A stretch of 64,000 nt of DNA from Lama guanicoe (GCA_013239625.1 MU054323.1:14183950-14247949), one strand, 5' to 3'. Positions 25,420 through 38,340 are shown, numbered from the stretch's first letter. The notes: generated by a model not told the origin, from the letters alone. Made by a program: numbers and translations.

Positions 25420-25869
25420 CACTTTGATTATTTGAAACTAAACTTAATTAAGAAATGGCTGATGCAAGAGTGACAGTTTGACACTTTCCCTGTCTTCCTG
25501 AAAGCAGAAAATTCCTCTTCCACGTGAAAGGTGCCTTCCCTATACCAGGAGGTAGAAAGGCTTCTTTATCACAAGAGGCAGGGAATTCAGGGCTGAAAAG
25601 CCTGTGAAAACCTGTTACTCCTTTACTAATTTACTACCCAAGCTCCCGGTGTCTTTGTCCTGTCAGTTCTTGTCAGATTTATTGTTTGTTTAAAAAGTAT
25701 AAAAGCTGCCTGCTTTGGCCACTTCTTAGGTCCATTTCTGTGAGACCACAATGTGTACAAATTAAATTTGCCTCTTTTTCTCTTGTTAATCTGTCTTGTG
25801 TCAATTTTATTGTTAATTCAACCACAAAAATTCAAGAGGGGTTGAGGGGAAATTTCCGCCTCCCTGACA
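25420..25869 (+). mobile_element. ERV1 solo LTR, same MER34-like group as 16928-17413, 5' end eroded
   Basis: Shares 'aaaagtataaaagctgcctgctttggc', 'atttctgtgagacc', 'tgtcttgtgtcaatt' and the terminal 'ctgaca' with the reverse complement of 16928-17413. Confidence 0.8.
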
Positions 25870-26269
25870 ATGCATTGGCCAGTGGAAGTGCCACCCTGGC
25901 CTGGCTGTGGCCCCAGGGGGTAGCTCTCAGCACAGTGGCTTCTGCTTTTCACAGCACAGCAGGTGAAGACAAAAGGGATTCAGGGCTGGTTTGAGCCTTC
26001 TGTTTGGGGAAGAATCACTTTATAAAGTAAACAACCACTTCATTCTTTTTATTCTCTGAATTCAGATGGTCATAGCCATTTAATTAAGAGACATTTAGTG
26101 AGAACCTACTGGGTATTAAAGAACTTTGCTAGATGTTGGGATGGTTTTGGGGGGAATAGATGAGAAAAAATATAATTTATCACAATTCATTCATTTTTTT
26201 TCCTTTAAGCTTATTAAAGACCAGTTTAAAAATAAATTCAAAATTAAATGTACTTTTAAACAGCTTTAA

Positions 26270-26440
26270 TTTTCTCTTGAAAGGCATGGACTAGGCTGAG
26301 ATGGGAGAAACCGTTTCTACCAGTTGATGAGGAGACCCTAGAAAAGTCTTTTTACCACCTATATTCAGTTTATTCATTTGTAAAACGAGAGTTTGACTAG
26401 AGGATCTCTGAAGTGATTTCTGTCTCTCAGATTCTATAAT
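26270..26440 (+). mobile_element. Degenerate MIR (MIR3/MIRc-like)
   Basis: 'tcagtttattcatttgtaaaacgag...gactagaggatctctgaag...agattctat'. Confidence 0.6.
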
Positions 26441-26754
26441 TATACCTTTGCTGTTCATCCCCTTGCTCTGCCAATGTGTCGATTTATTATAGTGACTACA
26501 ATCACATCATTGGGGTATGGTCAAATACTTATCCAAAGGGTGTTGAAGTGTTACTGAATATACTAGGTAGCCTGGAACCTGGAAAAGCCGGTAGGGGCTA
26601 AAAAGAAGTTCAGCTAAATTCTTTTTGCAAAGAAAGCACATGTAAAGCAGTTATCTGGACACAGAAAAATTCAGTTATGAAGAGCCCTTTCTACTAGTTT
26701 AGACAGTTGATATAAATTTGCTATATTGATAGATTTGACTGTTTATGTGTGTGG

Positions 26755-27025
26755 TGGTATATCTCCCAAACTATGTTTCAAAGAATACTGCTGTTACTCA
26801 AGATATTTCTAAATATTTTCTTTGAGGATAAGGGAGAATTCTGTGCTCAGATAACCTTGGAAACTTGTTACACTCCCTCTACCTTTGAATAGTTAGAACA
26901 ATGCATGTTAACTAAGCAAAGGCTCTGAGAAGGGCTACAGTTTAAAAAAAAAAGCACATATTTCAAACCTATACCGTAACTTTTTCCATGAAGCACCTCC
27001 AGATTTTTGGACTGTAGATTCACAA
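26755..27025. mobile_element. Probable hAT-Charlie-type DNA transposon remnant
   Basis: 'tcccaaactatgttt' and 'aaaggctctgagaag...acag' recall Charlie-family MITEs; family uncertain. Confidence 0.4.
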
Positions 27026-29604
27026 ATGCTAATTTCAAGAAAGATTTTCTTACTTTTTAAATTTTCTGACTTCAAAGATTGTTTAGAATTGTCATGCTAT
27101 ATTGTTTTTGCACTTTTTCCTTTGACACCGGTTATATGTAATCTCATTGTTTATGGCTTAATTTTTAAGAATACAGTTGGTGTCTGTTTCTGGTTATTTT
27201 CTCTTTTTAATTTTTTTCTCAGCTTTTTTCTTATTACTAAGCCATATCTAACATTTCCTTTTGAATAATTCTCATTAAATATTTCTTATATTTACTTATT
27301 ATATTTTATAAAAAGTATGCTTTATAATCTTCACATTAATTTCTGTTTTTTGTGTTTGAGGAGCAATTAGAGGTATAGGGTTAGCTCAAATAGTATGGAA
27401 CAAAAATTTTCTTTTGTACTCAGAAATCACAGGGATAGATAAAAATCAGTATCTCTATCCCACAATTTATAGATGCAGCACATGCAGAATAGCTATGCAA
27501 GAATTGCTCTAGAGAGGGAGACATGTTTTCTCTTTTATGTTTGAGTCTCCTTCTCCAGGAAGCCAGCCTCACCTAGCACCAGACTCCAGCTCATTTTGAA
27601 TCCTTCTTAATTGTTCCTTCAAAGTGAATTCACTTTATCTTACTTTCTTAGCTGTTCTGTATGTTTTTGGTTTGTCATCTCATAAGATTATAAACTCCCT
27701 AGGGGGAGTTACTGTAGATATTTTGCATGTTTGTATACCCACAATATTGTGCTTTCAAAAATTATTTTTGAATGAATGTGGTACTATATAAAGGAATAAA
27801 AAGTCATATGTCTTTACTTGAATTCAATCTAGGACTTAACAGCACATTGAAGATATAAGCCATGGTTAAGTTTTGGGGATAGGAAAAGCTAACCACTACA
27901 AAAGTGACAGCCTATATTTAGAAGGAAGTAACTGAGAGAAAAGGATGCACATCTCTTGATAATAAGAATTTTTCTAAGTTATTTATATTAACTATGTCTC
28001 AAGAGCCATCCTTCATAGCAGTAAGAGGCAACATCATGCTGATCTTCCGTGTGGCAGAGGGACTTGCTCATAGGAACTCAGCAAAACCTCTATGCAAAGC
28101 CCCATCTGCTTCCAAAGGCCGTGGCCTTTTACCGTGTTATCATGACTGAAAGGCTGGGCTCTCTGGTTTAGATAGCATCACATTCTACATATGGTGGTGC
28201 TTAGCCATTCTGTCTTTTATGGATAGATATTCAGAATTTTCATATAAGAATTGTAGCTATAAACAGTCAACAGCAAAACCAGTAAATAATTTCTGGTATT
28301 CTTTTTCCCCCTATAAAATGGCTTTGTTTAAGGTGACTAGATACTAATATTTGAATTTGGTGATAATTAATTTTTTTTTTACAAATACATTTTTGGTGTA
28401 TTATGAAATGGCCAATGGAAACTCAGGCTGGCAAAGTTTTTTCTTGACATGAATATGTATCAATAGCTTATTATAGTGAATATAGAACGTTAAGGAGAGG
28501 GTAAAAGAAAAAGGGACAAAAATAAGATTGGATGTATGCTCTGAATTCCATGCTGTCTAAACACCAAATATTAGGAAGTAAATTTTGGTAAATCTAAATG
28601 ATTTTTTATCTGACATCTCCCTTCCAAACCTGATGTTGACTGCAGATTGCCTTTCTCTGCTCGGATGCTTTTACTGACTTTTCTATTCAGTGCTTTGTGA
28701 TGCAGTACCAGAGTGATTGGATGAGTATAGTTTCCCTTTGAGATTATTGTTGGAATCTTAAAAATCTTACAGATGTATTTATTGTATTTCCAAAATTTTA
28801 GTACTTAGTTAACCAACCAGGGGTTTGCTGCTTTATGCAGTGCGGTTTGGGGAAAAGAAATAATTTAGTGGAGCTAATACAGATAGTTTCAAAGTTATAT
28901 CATAGTTTCTGTTAATGGAGCTTATAGCCCTAGAGAAAAATATACTATTAAAACAGTTTGGCCAGCTTTCAAGAGTGCAGTAATGAGTTCTGTGGGTATG
29001 GCTGCGGTTGTTGTTTTTCCTCTCTCTAAACCATACAATTCTCCATCTCTTCCTTGCTTTCTCTAAACTAATTTTGCTAGTTTCCCCTGCCACCACATGC
29101 ATTTCCTCTTTTTTCCTTGGAAAACAAAAAGCATTCTGTTATTTTTTTATGTATAATATATTGTGAGTTGATCCCCTTAATAACTCTGACAAACACGAAG
29201 CCATGTTTCTAACTCATTTAAAGTATGTGATGATTATTTTAAGTGAACCTTGAAACAATGTTAGATTTTATTTTTTAGGTTATTTTGAGACTCACAGAAC
29301 TCTGCTTTTAGAGGTCATGTAGCTTTGCCTTCTATCCTTGTCTTTTTAGCTCTCATTTTCACTTTTCCTTATCTTAGTCTGCTCCCAAATCTGAGACATT
29401 GCCTATTTTGCACTATTTTTTTATTCTGACCAATTTTTAAAAAAATAATTGGACATGTGTAGTGATTGGCCTCCATTCTAAAGGGTCACGCATATGGAGG
29501 GTATGTGTAGGTGGAATATGAGATTTTATTATTTTGCCTTAGAGGAATTCAAACTTCATCAAAACTATTGTGCAGTCATTTTATAAGTATTTTTTTACTA
29601 AATT

Positions 29605-30150
29605 AATGTTTGAAACACTTTAGAGGTATTATTGACATACAAAAAGCTATATGTATTTGAAGTATAATGTATACAACTTGATGAGTGTGCAGTGGTAAAA
29701 CCACAAACCACAATCTATGCCATAAATGTGTTTTCCACCTCCAAAAATTTCTTGCCCTCTTTGTCGATGCTGCTGTTGCTGCTGCTGATAATACCTAACA
29801 TAAGCTCTAATTTTTTTTAATTTAAAAAAATTCTTTTTAAGTACAGTTGTCCCTTGGTATCCTTGGGAGATTAGCTCTAGGACCATCCCCTGTACCAAAA
29901 TCAGCAGATGCTCAATCAAGTCCTTTCCATTATAAAATGGCATAGTACAGTTGGCTCTCTATATCCATGGTTCCATATCTACGATTTAATCAACTATGGA
30001 TCAAAATCTGAGGTTGGTTGTATCCATGGGTACAGAACCTGTGGATTTGGAAGGCCGAATGTATATAATACAGTGTTAAACTATAGGCACTATTGCCATA
30101 TAACAGATCTCTAGGACGTATTCATCTTGCACAACTAAAACTTTGTATGC
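29605..30150 (-). mobile_element. L1MB/L1MA-type 3' end, split by a Tigger MITE
   Basis: 'gaggtattattgacatacaaaaagct...tgtatacaacttgatgag' resumes as 'aatacagtgttaaactataggcac...agatctctagg...aaaactttgta'. Confidence 0.85.
29844..30061 (+). mobile_element. TcMar-Tigger MITE (MER2-like)
   Basis: Starts CAGTTGTCCCTTGGTATCC, ends GGAAGGCCGAATG, TA on both sides. Confidence 0.85.
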
Positions 30151-30264
30151 TTAAAGCATCTCTATGAGATATGTTTCAGTGCTGTTCAGCCTAGATTTAC
30201 AAGTAACAAAATAAAGGCTTAGATTAAATAACCATTTCAAGTTCACAAGAGCTGTTAAGTAATG

Positions 30265-30602
30265 TGTATTAGTCAGGATAGGCTAGGTCATGCTCTAGGA
30301 ACAGACAGTCCCTTAAGCCTCACTGACTTAAAACAGTAAATCTATTTCTCAGTCACATCACAGTTTGAGTTAGACTGTCCTCCATTTTATAAGAACACTA
30401 CTTGGAACACATAACCTTGAAAGACACCGTTGCAACGGGAGGGAAGGGTGGTAGAGGCACCTAGGTGCTTAACTTCTTAACATGGAAGCAACGCATTTTA
30501 TAGTCTTTGATCAGGAACTGAAACTACTATCATAGTTCCAACATAAGCCAGTGGGAGGTTAGGCACATGGAAACCTCAATTAAGCACTAAATATTTCTGC
30601 CA
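30265..30602 (-). mobile_element. Old MaLR LTR (MLT1J/K/L-like) inserted in a MIR
   Basis: 'tgtattagtcaggataggctagg...gacttaaaaca...tatttctc'; MIR pieces on both sides (~30190-30262 and ~30603-30665). Confidence 0.75.
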
Positions 30603-30779
30603 TGTAGCAGTGAGAGTTGAATTCAGATTATTGAAATTCCAAAGCCCACACTATGCTTTCTCCAATAATTTTCATTTCCATCAATAATGTAATTATTTTC
30701 AGGATTCCTTTAACAAATAAAAGCGGAGATGCTTCTATCTCATGAATATAAATAAATATATGTTTATATATAAAATAGT

Positions 30780-31150
30780 GATAATAATAATATACAGGGT
30801 ATGATGTGTTTTTTATTTTATTTCCCTAACATTTTATAATGAATCATTTCCTATGTATCATTCTCCAAAAAAATATTTGAATGGATCTATGATATTTATT
30901 TAAACATTTCTCTACTGTTAAAAATTTAGATTGGCTCAATATTTTGATTATTATAAATAACACTGTTACTGTGTTTCATGTATAGTTTCTTAATTTCAGA
31001 GTATTTACTTCAAATAGATTTCCTGAATGGGAATTATTATCAAAGAATATTAACAACTTTAAGGCTCTTTATAACATTACTAAATTATTTCCCAAAAATG
31101 TTACATCAGTTTTCACTTTATTGGATATTCATAAGAATATGTCTGTAACA
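30780..31150 (-). mobile_element. L1ME-type 3' fragment
   Basis: 'tttagatt...ttataaataacactg...atagatttcctgaatgggaattatt'. Confidence 0.65.
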
Positions 31151-33321
31151 TTTTTTAAAATTTTATTTATACTTGAAAATTATTTGAAAGTAGTCCTCAA
31201 TTCTTATTCTCTTATAACAGAATGTTTGTTTTTAATCCTTCTGTGAATAAATATAACTTATCACTTCCTTTATCATTGGGTTTTAATGGCTTTCAGCTAT
31301 ATTTCAAATTATATTTTTTACTTGCTCATATAATTTCCTTGCCTGCCTTAAGGACTATCTTGAACCTCTTTATTCCTCCTATCTCCTCCTTCAGTTATTT
31401 CATTCTTACCAAACACTCAACAGATACTTTTTTTTCTTCCATCTCTTGTAAGATACCTTTCTCCTCTGCTTTTGCTAATGAAATTCCAGATGGCAGGATG
31501 TACTGGAATAGAGAGATTCCAGTAGTAAAAAGATAAAGATACAGGGAGGATACTGCTGCAAAGACAAACATTAGGCTTTTGTGTTAGGATGGAAGAACAT
31601 CGAGAATCTCCCAAATGAATTCCATATAGAGTGGAATTAAATAAATATCAGGGTAAAACACTCATGACTGGATTATCAATCTGCTTCTCCTTGTATCAGG
31701 TTAAATAGCATTTTGAAAAAGTTAATAGTTCAATCATTTGGATCATGTTTATAAGACACTGATATTGGAAAAACTGCTCAGGAATGTCAAATGCCTTAAG
31801 TGGGTTTCTGTCTCAGGAAACTGGCTTCTGCTTTATTCTAAGAGCTATATTACCAGACTTCTACCTTTTAGCTTTTTCTTTGTTTTATTTAATCAACATA
31901 AATGCAGCTTACCATATCTGTTCTATTGCTTTTTGTAACAGATTTCAGTAGTACCTACAGACAGAAACAAAGATCTCTCTTATGCCCTGATTGATGCATT
32001 CTTTTACTACACATGACAAAGTGATAGATGTACTTAGTTAACCTTCTCTAAAATCATTAATGCCACATCACTGGTTGGCTACTCAGAGATTGGTTAAGTA
32101 GTTGTCATGCATTTGCTACCTGAAACACTGCAATGCTGAATAAAGAGCCCATTAATTTTCTTTCAAGATCAACTCCAAAGGATCAGTATGGAATATGTAG
32201 TTAGAAAAGAAGTTGAAAAGTGTATCGTGGGCTTCAGAGAGATATTGGATAGTGTAAAATTACAACTTAAGCCTGAGAGTAAAAAAAGAGAAAGTGGATT
32301 GATTTTCTCTGAATTTATACTTGAGAAAATTGTTGAAAATGCTAACAAGTTTTCTTGCAAGCCATAATTTAGATGTTGAGTCCTCAAGTTTGCGTATGTA
32401 GCATCTAGGTTTTAATCTCAAACTCATAAATACACACGAGCAGTAGAAGGTACATTTTTGTTTTTAGAAAACCTTTCTAGAAATGAGACTGGAATGGAGA
32501 ATATAGAAAATGTATGGACTAAACCTTTTAAGGTAATAATTTCCCAGTTAGCAAAGGAACCTAATGAATAAACAATTCTCATGGAATATGGGGGGAGAAA
32601 TACTGACCTAAAAGAAGTCCATCTACTACTAACACTTTAGTGAAGCAATTTAATAATTCTCTTCTATGTTTTGTATCTGTATTATTCATATCAACTTTTT
32701 AAGCTATAATTAGATTTTTCCTTTTGGAATAAAAGATGTAGTTTATCTTTCTTTTTGGACCAAAGATAATTTCTCCTTTATAGCTAATTAAGCAATAGCT
32801 AAAGTGTAAGAACCAGTTAGTCAATTGAACATCATGAAGCTTTAAAAGCTTAAAAATACTGACTTTTTTTTTCCCCTTACTTTTTCATGATTTCTATGTC
32901 CAGTTGAAGAGCAAAAGATCTTTCCCTCATAAAAAGTGTTTTCTGTTTGGTGGAAGATTACGTTTATATGGTAACAATGTTCCTGTAACAGTGGAGAGGA
33001 AAGACAAATAAATTAGTAATAGTATCTTATATCTGTCTTATACCCTCAAAGAAACGTTGCTAACCAATGGCTGAAATAACAAACATAAACAGCAAATACT
33101 TCTAAATAGCAAGCCTCTTTCTCTCCAAAGAGTTAATATTTGTTCAAGGAATCCAAAATGAAAGTGATCTAATAGGATGAGCTAGATTGTGCAGCTTTCT
33201 TTAGGGAGAAGGGGTAAGAGAAGGGAACATTTTCCTAGCCCTGCTATCAAGAAATTTGCAATCTGATGGTGGAAAAGATGACAGATGTACACCAGAAGAA
33301 ACAGTCATTAAAAGGTTTCAT

Positions 33322-33790
33322 CTATTCATTAAACAAATACCTATTTTGCACTCACTACATTCCAAATAGACTTCTGGAGTCTGGGGAAGACAATACTGAA
33401 CAAGATAGAAAATAGAGCTTACATTCTACTGAGGTAGGAGACAAAAAAAAAAATAGACAAAGAAAGAAACAACCACAGAGAGACGTACAGGCTATGAAGT
33501 AAATGCAAACAAGGTAGTGGGCTAGACAGTGACACTGGCATGGGATAAAGTGTAGGGGTTTTTTAGATGCAGTGGTTTGGCAAGTCTTCTCACAGGAAGC
33601 ACTTTCGAGGAGAGACCTGAATGATGAGAAAGAACCAGTAACCAATGTTCTAGGCAGAAGAAACAGCAAGGGTAAAGGCCCTGAGGTGAGAATGAAGTTC
33701 AGAAATGGCAACAAATTGAGGAACTGAAAGAAAATGTAACTGGAGCTCATTCCTGGGTGTTTGTTGGTAGAGGAGGAGGTGGAGAGGTGT
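33322..33790 (-). mobile_element. L2 3' end (L2a-like)
   Basis: 'attcattaaacaaatac...gagcttacattcta...agagacctgaatgatgagaa...gttctaggcagaagaaacagcaagggtaaaggccctgagg'. Confidence 0.85.
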
Positions 33791-34423
33791 TGAGTTATGT
33801 GCTATCAGAAATGACTGATATCTTTTTGGCCACCATGGTTTCCCACTCAGTTCAGCTGGTATATCATGTCACACTCAAATGCCTCAGCTTTATGTCTTGA
33901 GGTATTAGAATAATAACATTGTATATCTCTTATAAAACCATTCCCTTTCTATTGATTTTTGTCCACAGAGATCATCATAGTGTTACTATGATTTCCATAT
34001 AGTACTTACTTGTCCTTACTGGTTTGCTGAACAATCAATACTCTTTGTCTGGAAAGCAGAAGCCTTCTTTATTTCTCTTATCTCTTTTTGGTAAGCATGA
34101 GGGAAGGATGATCACTCTTGCATTGGAAAACAAACAAATTGCTGCAGAAGTACAAGTAATAACATCGTGTTTCTCTGGTACATACTAGCAAACTACATTG
34201 TTTATTTGGAAACAATCACTCCTGCTTTCAGGCAAAGCTTTGTAACATTCAGGCATTTCAAATTGCACACCACAGCCTGGCTGCCTTGATTCAGTCAAAG
34301 CTGGTCCTGAGGCAGTACTGCATTTGGGGCAAAGAGCTGCCCTTTAAATCTAGTGAACCAATCATTGATTTGCCTATATATGATTGAATTTTGCTCTAAA
34401 ATACCCATTTTAAAAGCAAAACC

Positions 34424-34629
34424 TAAGCAACAAAGTCCAAATGTATAAAACACAAGGAACTATAGTCAATACCTTGTAATAGGCTATAATGAAAACGAAT
34501 ATGAAAAGGTACACATATACATGTATAATTGAATCACTATGCTGTACACAAGGAATTAACACAACAACAACAAAAAAATACAGGATCTAAAGCCAGACTG
34601 CCCCACGGGGTTTAAAAAATAATAAAAAT
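34424..34629 (+). mobile_element. Short cetartiodactyl-type L1 3' end with an extra 3' segment and TSD
   Basis: 'aggaactatagtcaataccttgtaata...tataatgaaa...gaatcactatgctgtacac...aacacaaca'; flanked by AAAAGCAAAA(C/T)C at 34412-34423 and 34630-34641. Confidence 0.8.
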
Positions 34630-35129
34630 AAAAGCAAAATCATTTAGCTAAATATTTTTCCATGATATAAATGTCCATTCATTTTCACAGTCCATGATCT
34701 TCTGAGATCCTAAAGAATCCCTGCATGTAATTGGCTGTGGTCAGGCCTGAAGAATCACATATATGCCTTTTGCCTACAGCCAGTCTCTTCCAATACACAT
34801 TTTTTTTCATCCTAGGAACTACTCATGTTATAAATATGAGCAAAGCAAGAACCTTAAAGGTGAATCTATAAGACGTTCTGGGGAGTTAAAAATAAATTTG
34901 TTATTGATTATTTGATTTTAGATACTTGGCTATTCTTGATTTGTTTTACCTATTGGCAAGTCCCATTTCTGCTAAAACAGAGATATTTCTTTCCTGAAGA
35001 AGATGTTTCTTCTTGATTAAATGTACAGCCTACACCACTGTAAAGCACTATCCAAATGCAGACAACTGGCAGTGTTGTTTTGTCTAAGAACTAGCTAGAA
35101 GGCTTCATATTTAAAACTTTTTCAGACTG

Positions 35130-36430
35130 GCACCCCAAAAGCAGTTTCTTTCAATTTCCTACTAAAATATAAGGGAAAACAAACAAACAAAATATTCAAA
35201 CCCACAACCCTGAAAATTAGGACAAAGAGGCAACCTACTGCCAAAAGTTGGGAGGATTTCTCCCTAACTGTAGGACTGTGGGAAGGACTGGATTAAAGTG
35301 TATTATTAGTGGCTCACATCTGATTGCCTCATCTGAAATTATTGACAGTTTTTATTACTTTTCTACCCTTTATGTTGTTTTTTCTCCCCACAGTAAATAA
35401 AAGTCTTTATGCACAAGAAATATGAGCAGCCAGTATTCTAGTACTATGTGCTAGCCTTTGAGGCAGACAGGGTATTATACACCCAAATGTCAAGAAGTCT
35501 CTGACTTTGTACAATTATATTTTAGTATCTGTAAAGCAATTAGGTAGACAGTGGGGAAAGGGATGTAGTCAGTGATACACTGCATCTTGGGAGGCATAAT
35601 CCTCACAGTCAAGTATTAAGATTGGAGAGGAAAGAGATAGCTCTAGTAGCAGTAGATATCGGGAAATTTAGTTTTTCATCTTCGGCATAAATTCAGCACT
35701 TAGCTCAACATCGCTACACTAGAGAAAGTGCATGAGCAATAATTGGGCAAGGAGTTATACATATTTAGCTTCTATCCAACTAAAAAAACTCGGAGAGACA
35801 AAGGAAAATCTACATACTCACTTTTTTGGTCGAGGGGAAAACACTGAGTCTAGCTGAATTTCTCCCTAGTTTAAGAATGAGTAAACAGTCATACATACAT
35901 ACACCATGAGGCACACAGAAATATTGTAGAATAAGCTAATATTATTCTGAAGATAGAAAAAAATGGTTTCTTTGGTAGTCAGGTGAAAATAAAATATTTT
36001 TGCATTCTCAGTATTAACAAATAATTAGTAATCTGGGTAAGACAGAAATGTAAATAAATATTGAGGGAGCAAGCTGAAATTAAACTCAGTAAGATAAGGG
36101 GGCAAGGGAAAAGGGTGAGAAAAGGAAACATTAGGATAAAGGGAACCTGAAAATGGAATTACAAGATTATGATCTGCATAGGAGGTAGGAAAGATTAAAA
36201 CTGACATTACAGACAAACTCTTCCCAGAGAGAGAAGGGAGGCAGTACAAAGAGATGAAATGTTGATAAAATGGTTAAGAAATGTGGAGGTCAGAGAACAC
36301 ATTTAGATGAATTTTGTTAAGATAATAACATTGCAATATAAAGAAAATATTCATCCCTGTATTTAAACTTATTTATAGAATTCTCTTTTGGATTCTGGGG
36401 ATATAGAAGTAAAGAAAATGGAAATGCTTT
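35130..36430 (+). mobile_element. Very old L1ME/HAL1-like 5'/ORF1 remnant
   Basis: A-rich sequence with ORF1-like motifs ('gaaatgtggaggtcaga', 'ggaaatgcttt'); heavily decayed. Confidence 0.35.
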
Positions 36431-36499
36431 GGCTTTTATGAAAAGAGAAATAGAAAATAAACAGATTAGAAGAGAAGTAAAAAGTCATCAATATTAACA

Positions 36500-37425
36500 A
36501 GTGCTGTGATGAACCCAATACTGGTGAGTAATTTGAGAGAAAGTGATTAGAGGTCACTTAAAGTTGGGTTTCAGGGGAGTCCCTCTGAGAAGACAGCCTT
36601 CAGACTAAGGCAAGAACAACAAATAATAAGAACAGGAATTTAAAAATTCTGTAACAGGAACAGTCAGGGACATTTTGGAAAGGAATAGTGACTGTGGAAA
36701 AGATTTTAAGATTGGAATAAGCTGGTATATTTTGGGAACTGAAAGGAGATACATATTTTTTGGCTGTACTGAGCAAGAGGGAGAGTAATGTCACAGATCA
36801 GAGAGGAAAATAGAGACAGATTATCTAGGACACTGTAAACCAGCGTGAGGACTTAGGATTTTATTGTTACTACTATTAGAAGCCCCTGGAAGATTTTTAA
36901 GATCAGGATTAGTAAAAATAAGACTTACTTTTTAACAAAAATATCACCTTTGCTTCTGTGGAAGAATGGAGCATAAGGAAATATCTAGGAGGTCTTTCAA
37001 GAAGTCACTGAAGTATTCTAGGCAAGACATAGTAGACCGGTGTGTTAGCAGTGCACATGGAGAGGAGTAAACACATTATGTTATGCTTTGAAGGCTTGAT
37101 TCATACAGTTGTTGAGATAGTTGATGTAGGATATGAAGAAAAGTAAGAAACTGAGAGGATCCAAATTTTTATCTTAAGCAAAAATTTGGGTGGTCAAGTA
37201 CATGTGCTGGAGTATAGCAGGTTTGTAGAGTGTGTGTGTTTCTGTGTGGTGTGGGAGGAGACCAAGAGGGCTGTTTTGAGGTTGGTTAAGTTTGAGACCC
37301 CTGCTAAAATTGAGATGCCTATGAGTTATCAGAGTGAAGAGGGTAATGGAACTATGGCATACATGTCCTTAGTGTTCAGAGGAGCACTCTGACTAGAGAT
37401 ATAAACTTATAAGTTATCAATAGAT
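36500..37425 (-). mobile_element. L2 fragment
   Basis: 'gaggacttaggattttatt...gaagcccctggaagattttt', 'gttaagtttgagaccc', 'gactagagatataaactt'. Confidence 0.8.
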
Positions 37426-37699
37426 AGAATTCCAGGCGGGAAAAATACATAAGCCTCAAGGGAGCAAAGCAGGCTGCTCTGAGAGTGTGCGCATTATTAA
37501 GTGACGGAAGCTAACAGAGCAATATCTGTAGGGTAGGGAAATTTCTTAAATGGGGGTCAATAGTTGATACTATTTCAGATTACTTATCATATATGAGGGC
37601 AAGAATAACCAATTCCAGATATGTACATACTGCAAAAGTATAGCTACCACCCTCACCTTTATAGGAGGACACTTAAAATCATGCTTCCAAGCAACTGAA

Positions 37700-38340
37700 A
37701 ATGAATCAGAATTAACTATTCAGTAGTAATGATGCTGTGGGTTTGTACTCCCCTTCTGGAAATATACTCTAAGAAAATAATCTGAAATATGAATGCAAAT
37801 TTATGTATGAAAATGTTCATTGTAGAATTTTTGTTGATAATGAAAATTGCAGTCAACATTAGGAGAATGCCCATATGGTGAATACTAGGAGTACATTCAA
37901 AATTATGTTTATGAATAATTTAAATTACATAGAAAACAATTATGAAACACAGATAAATGAAAAAAAGCAGTATGCCAAATTTCGGGTACAGTTTCATCTC
38001 TGTCAATCTGTGTAGAAAAACATTCTGGAAGGGAAAAATTTAAATATCATTGGTGTTTGCCTTTGGAATATGGAATTACTCTCTTCCAGTTTCATTGTTA
38101 GTTTTTATATTTTGTAAGATTTCTAAATCTGTATTACTTCGGGAAATGGAAAACTATATTTAAAAAGTTTTCAAACTTGAAAAGGCATTATAAAGTTTAT
38201 GCAAATATGGGATAATTGATATAAAGCCAAGTGAAAAAGCAGAATAAAAATTGAATATGTTACTGATTCAAACATATAAAAATATAAGTAAATATATGCA
38301 CGTGGAGAAGCCTAAATAGACAGTCACAGAAAAAAAAAGT
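37700..38340 (+). mobile_element. L1ME 3' fragments
   Basis: 'cccttctggaaatatactctaagaaaataat...atgttcattgtag', 'aagtgaaaaagcagaat'. Confidence 0.6.

Noticed and set aside
16928..25869. Full provirus between two related LTRs
   Set aside because: LTRs are in opposite orientation, the first has its own TSD, and no gag/pol/env is recognisable
25900..25925. CTCF-like TGGCCCCAGGGGGTAG
   Set aside because: Mismatches at key core positions
33355..33750. 131-aa minus-strand ORF
   Set aside because: Lies in the 3' end of a decayed L2
34010..34048. 39-nt minus-strand exon candidate (TTTCCAG|...|GTAAGT)
   Set aside because: Too short to separate from pseudo-exons expected by chance in 64 kb
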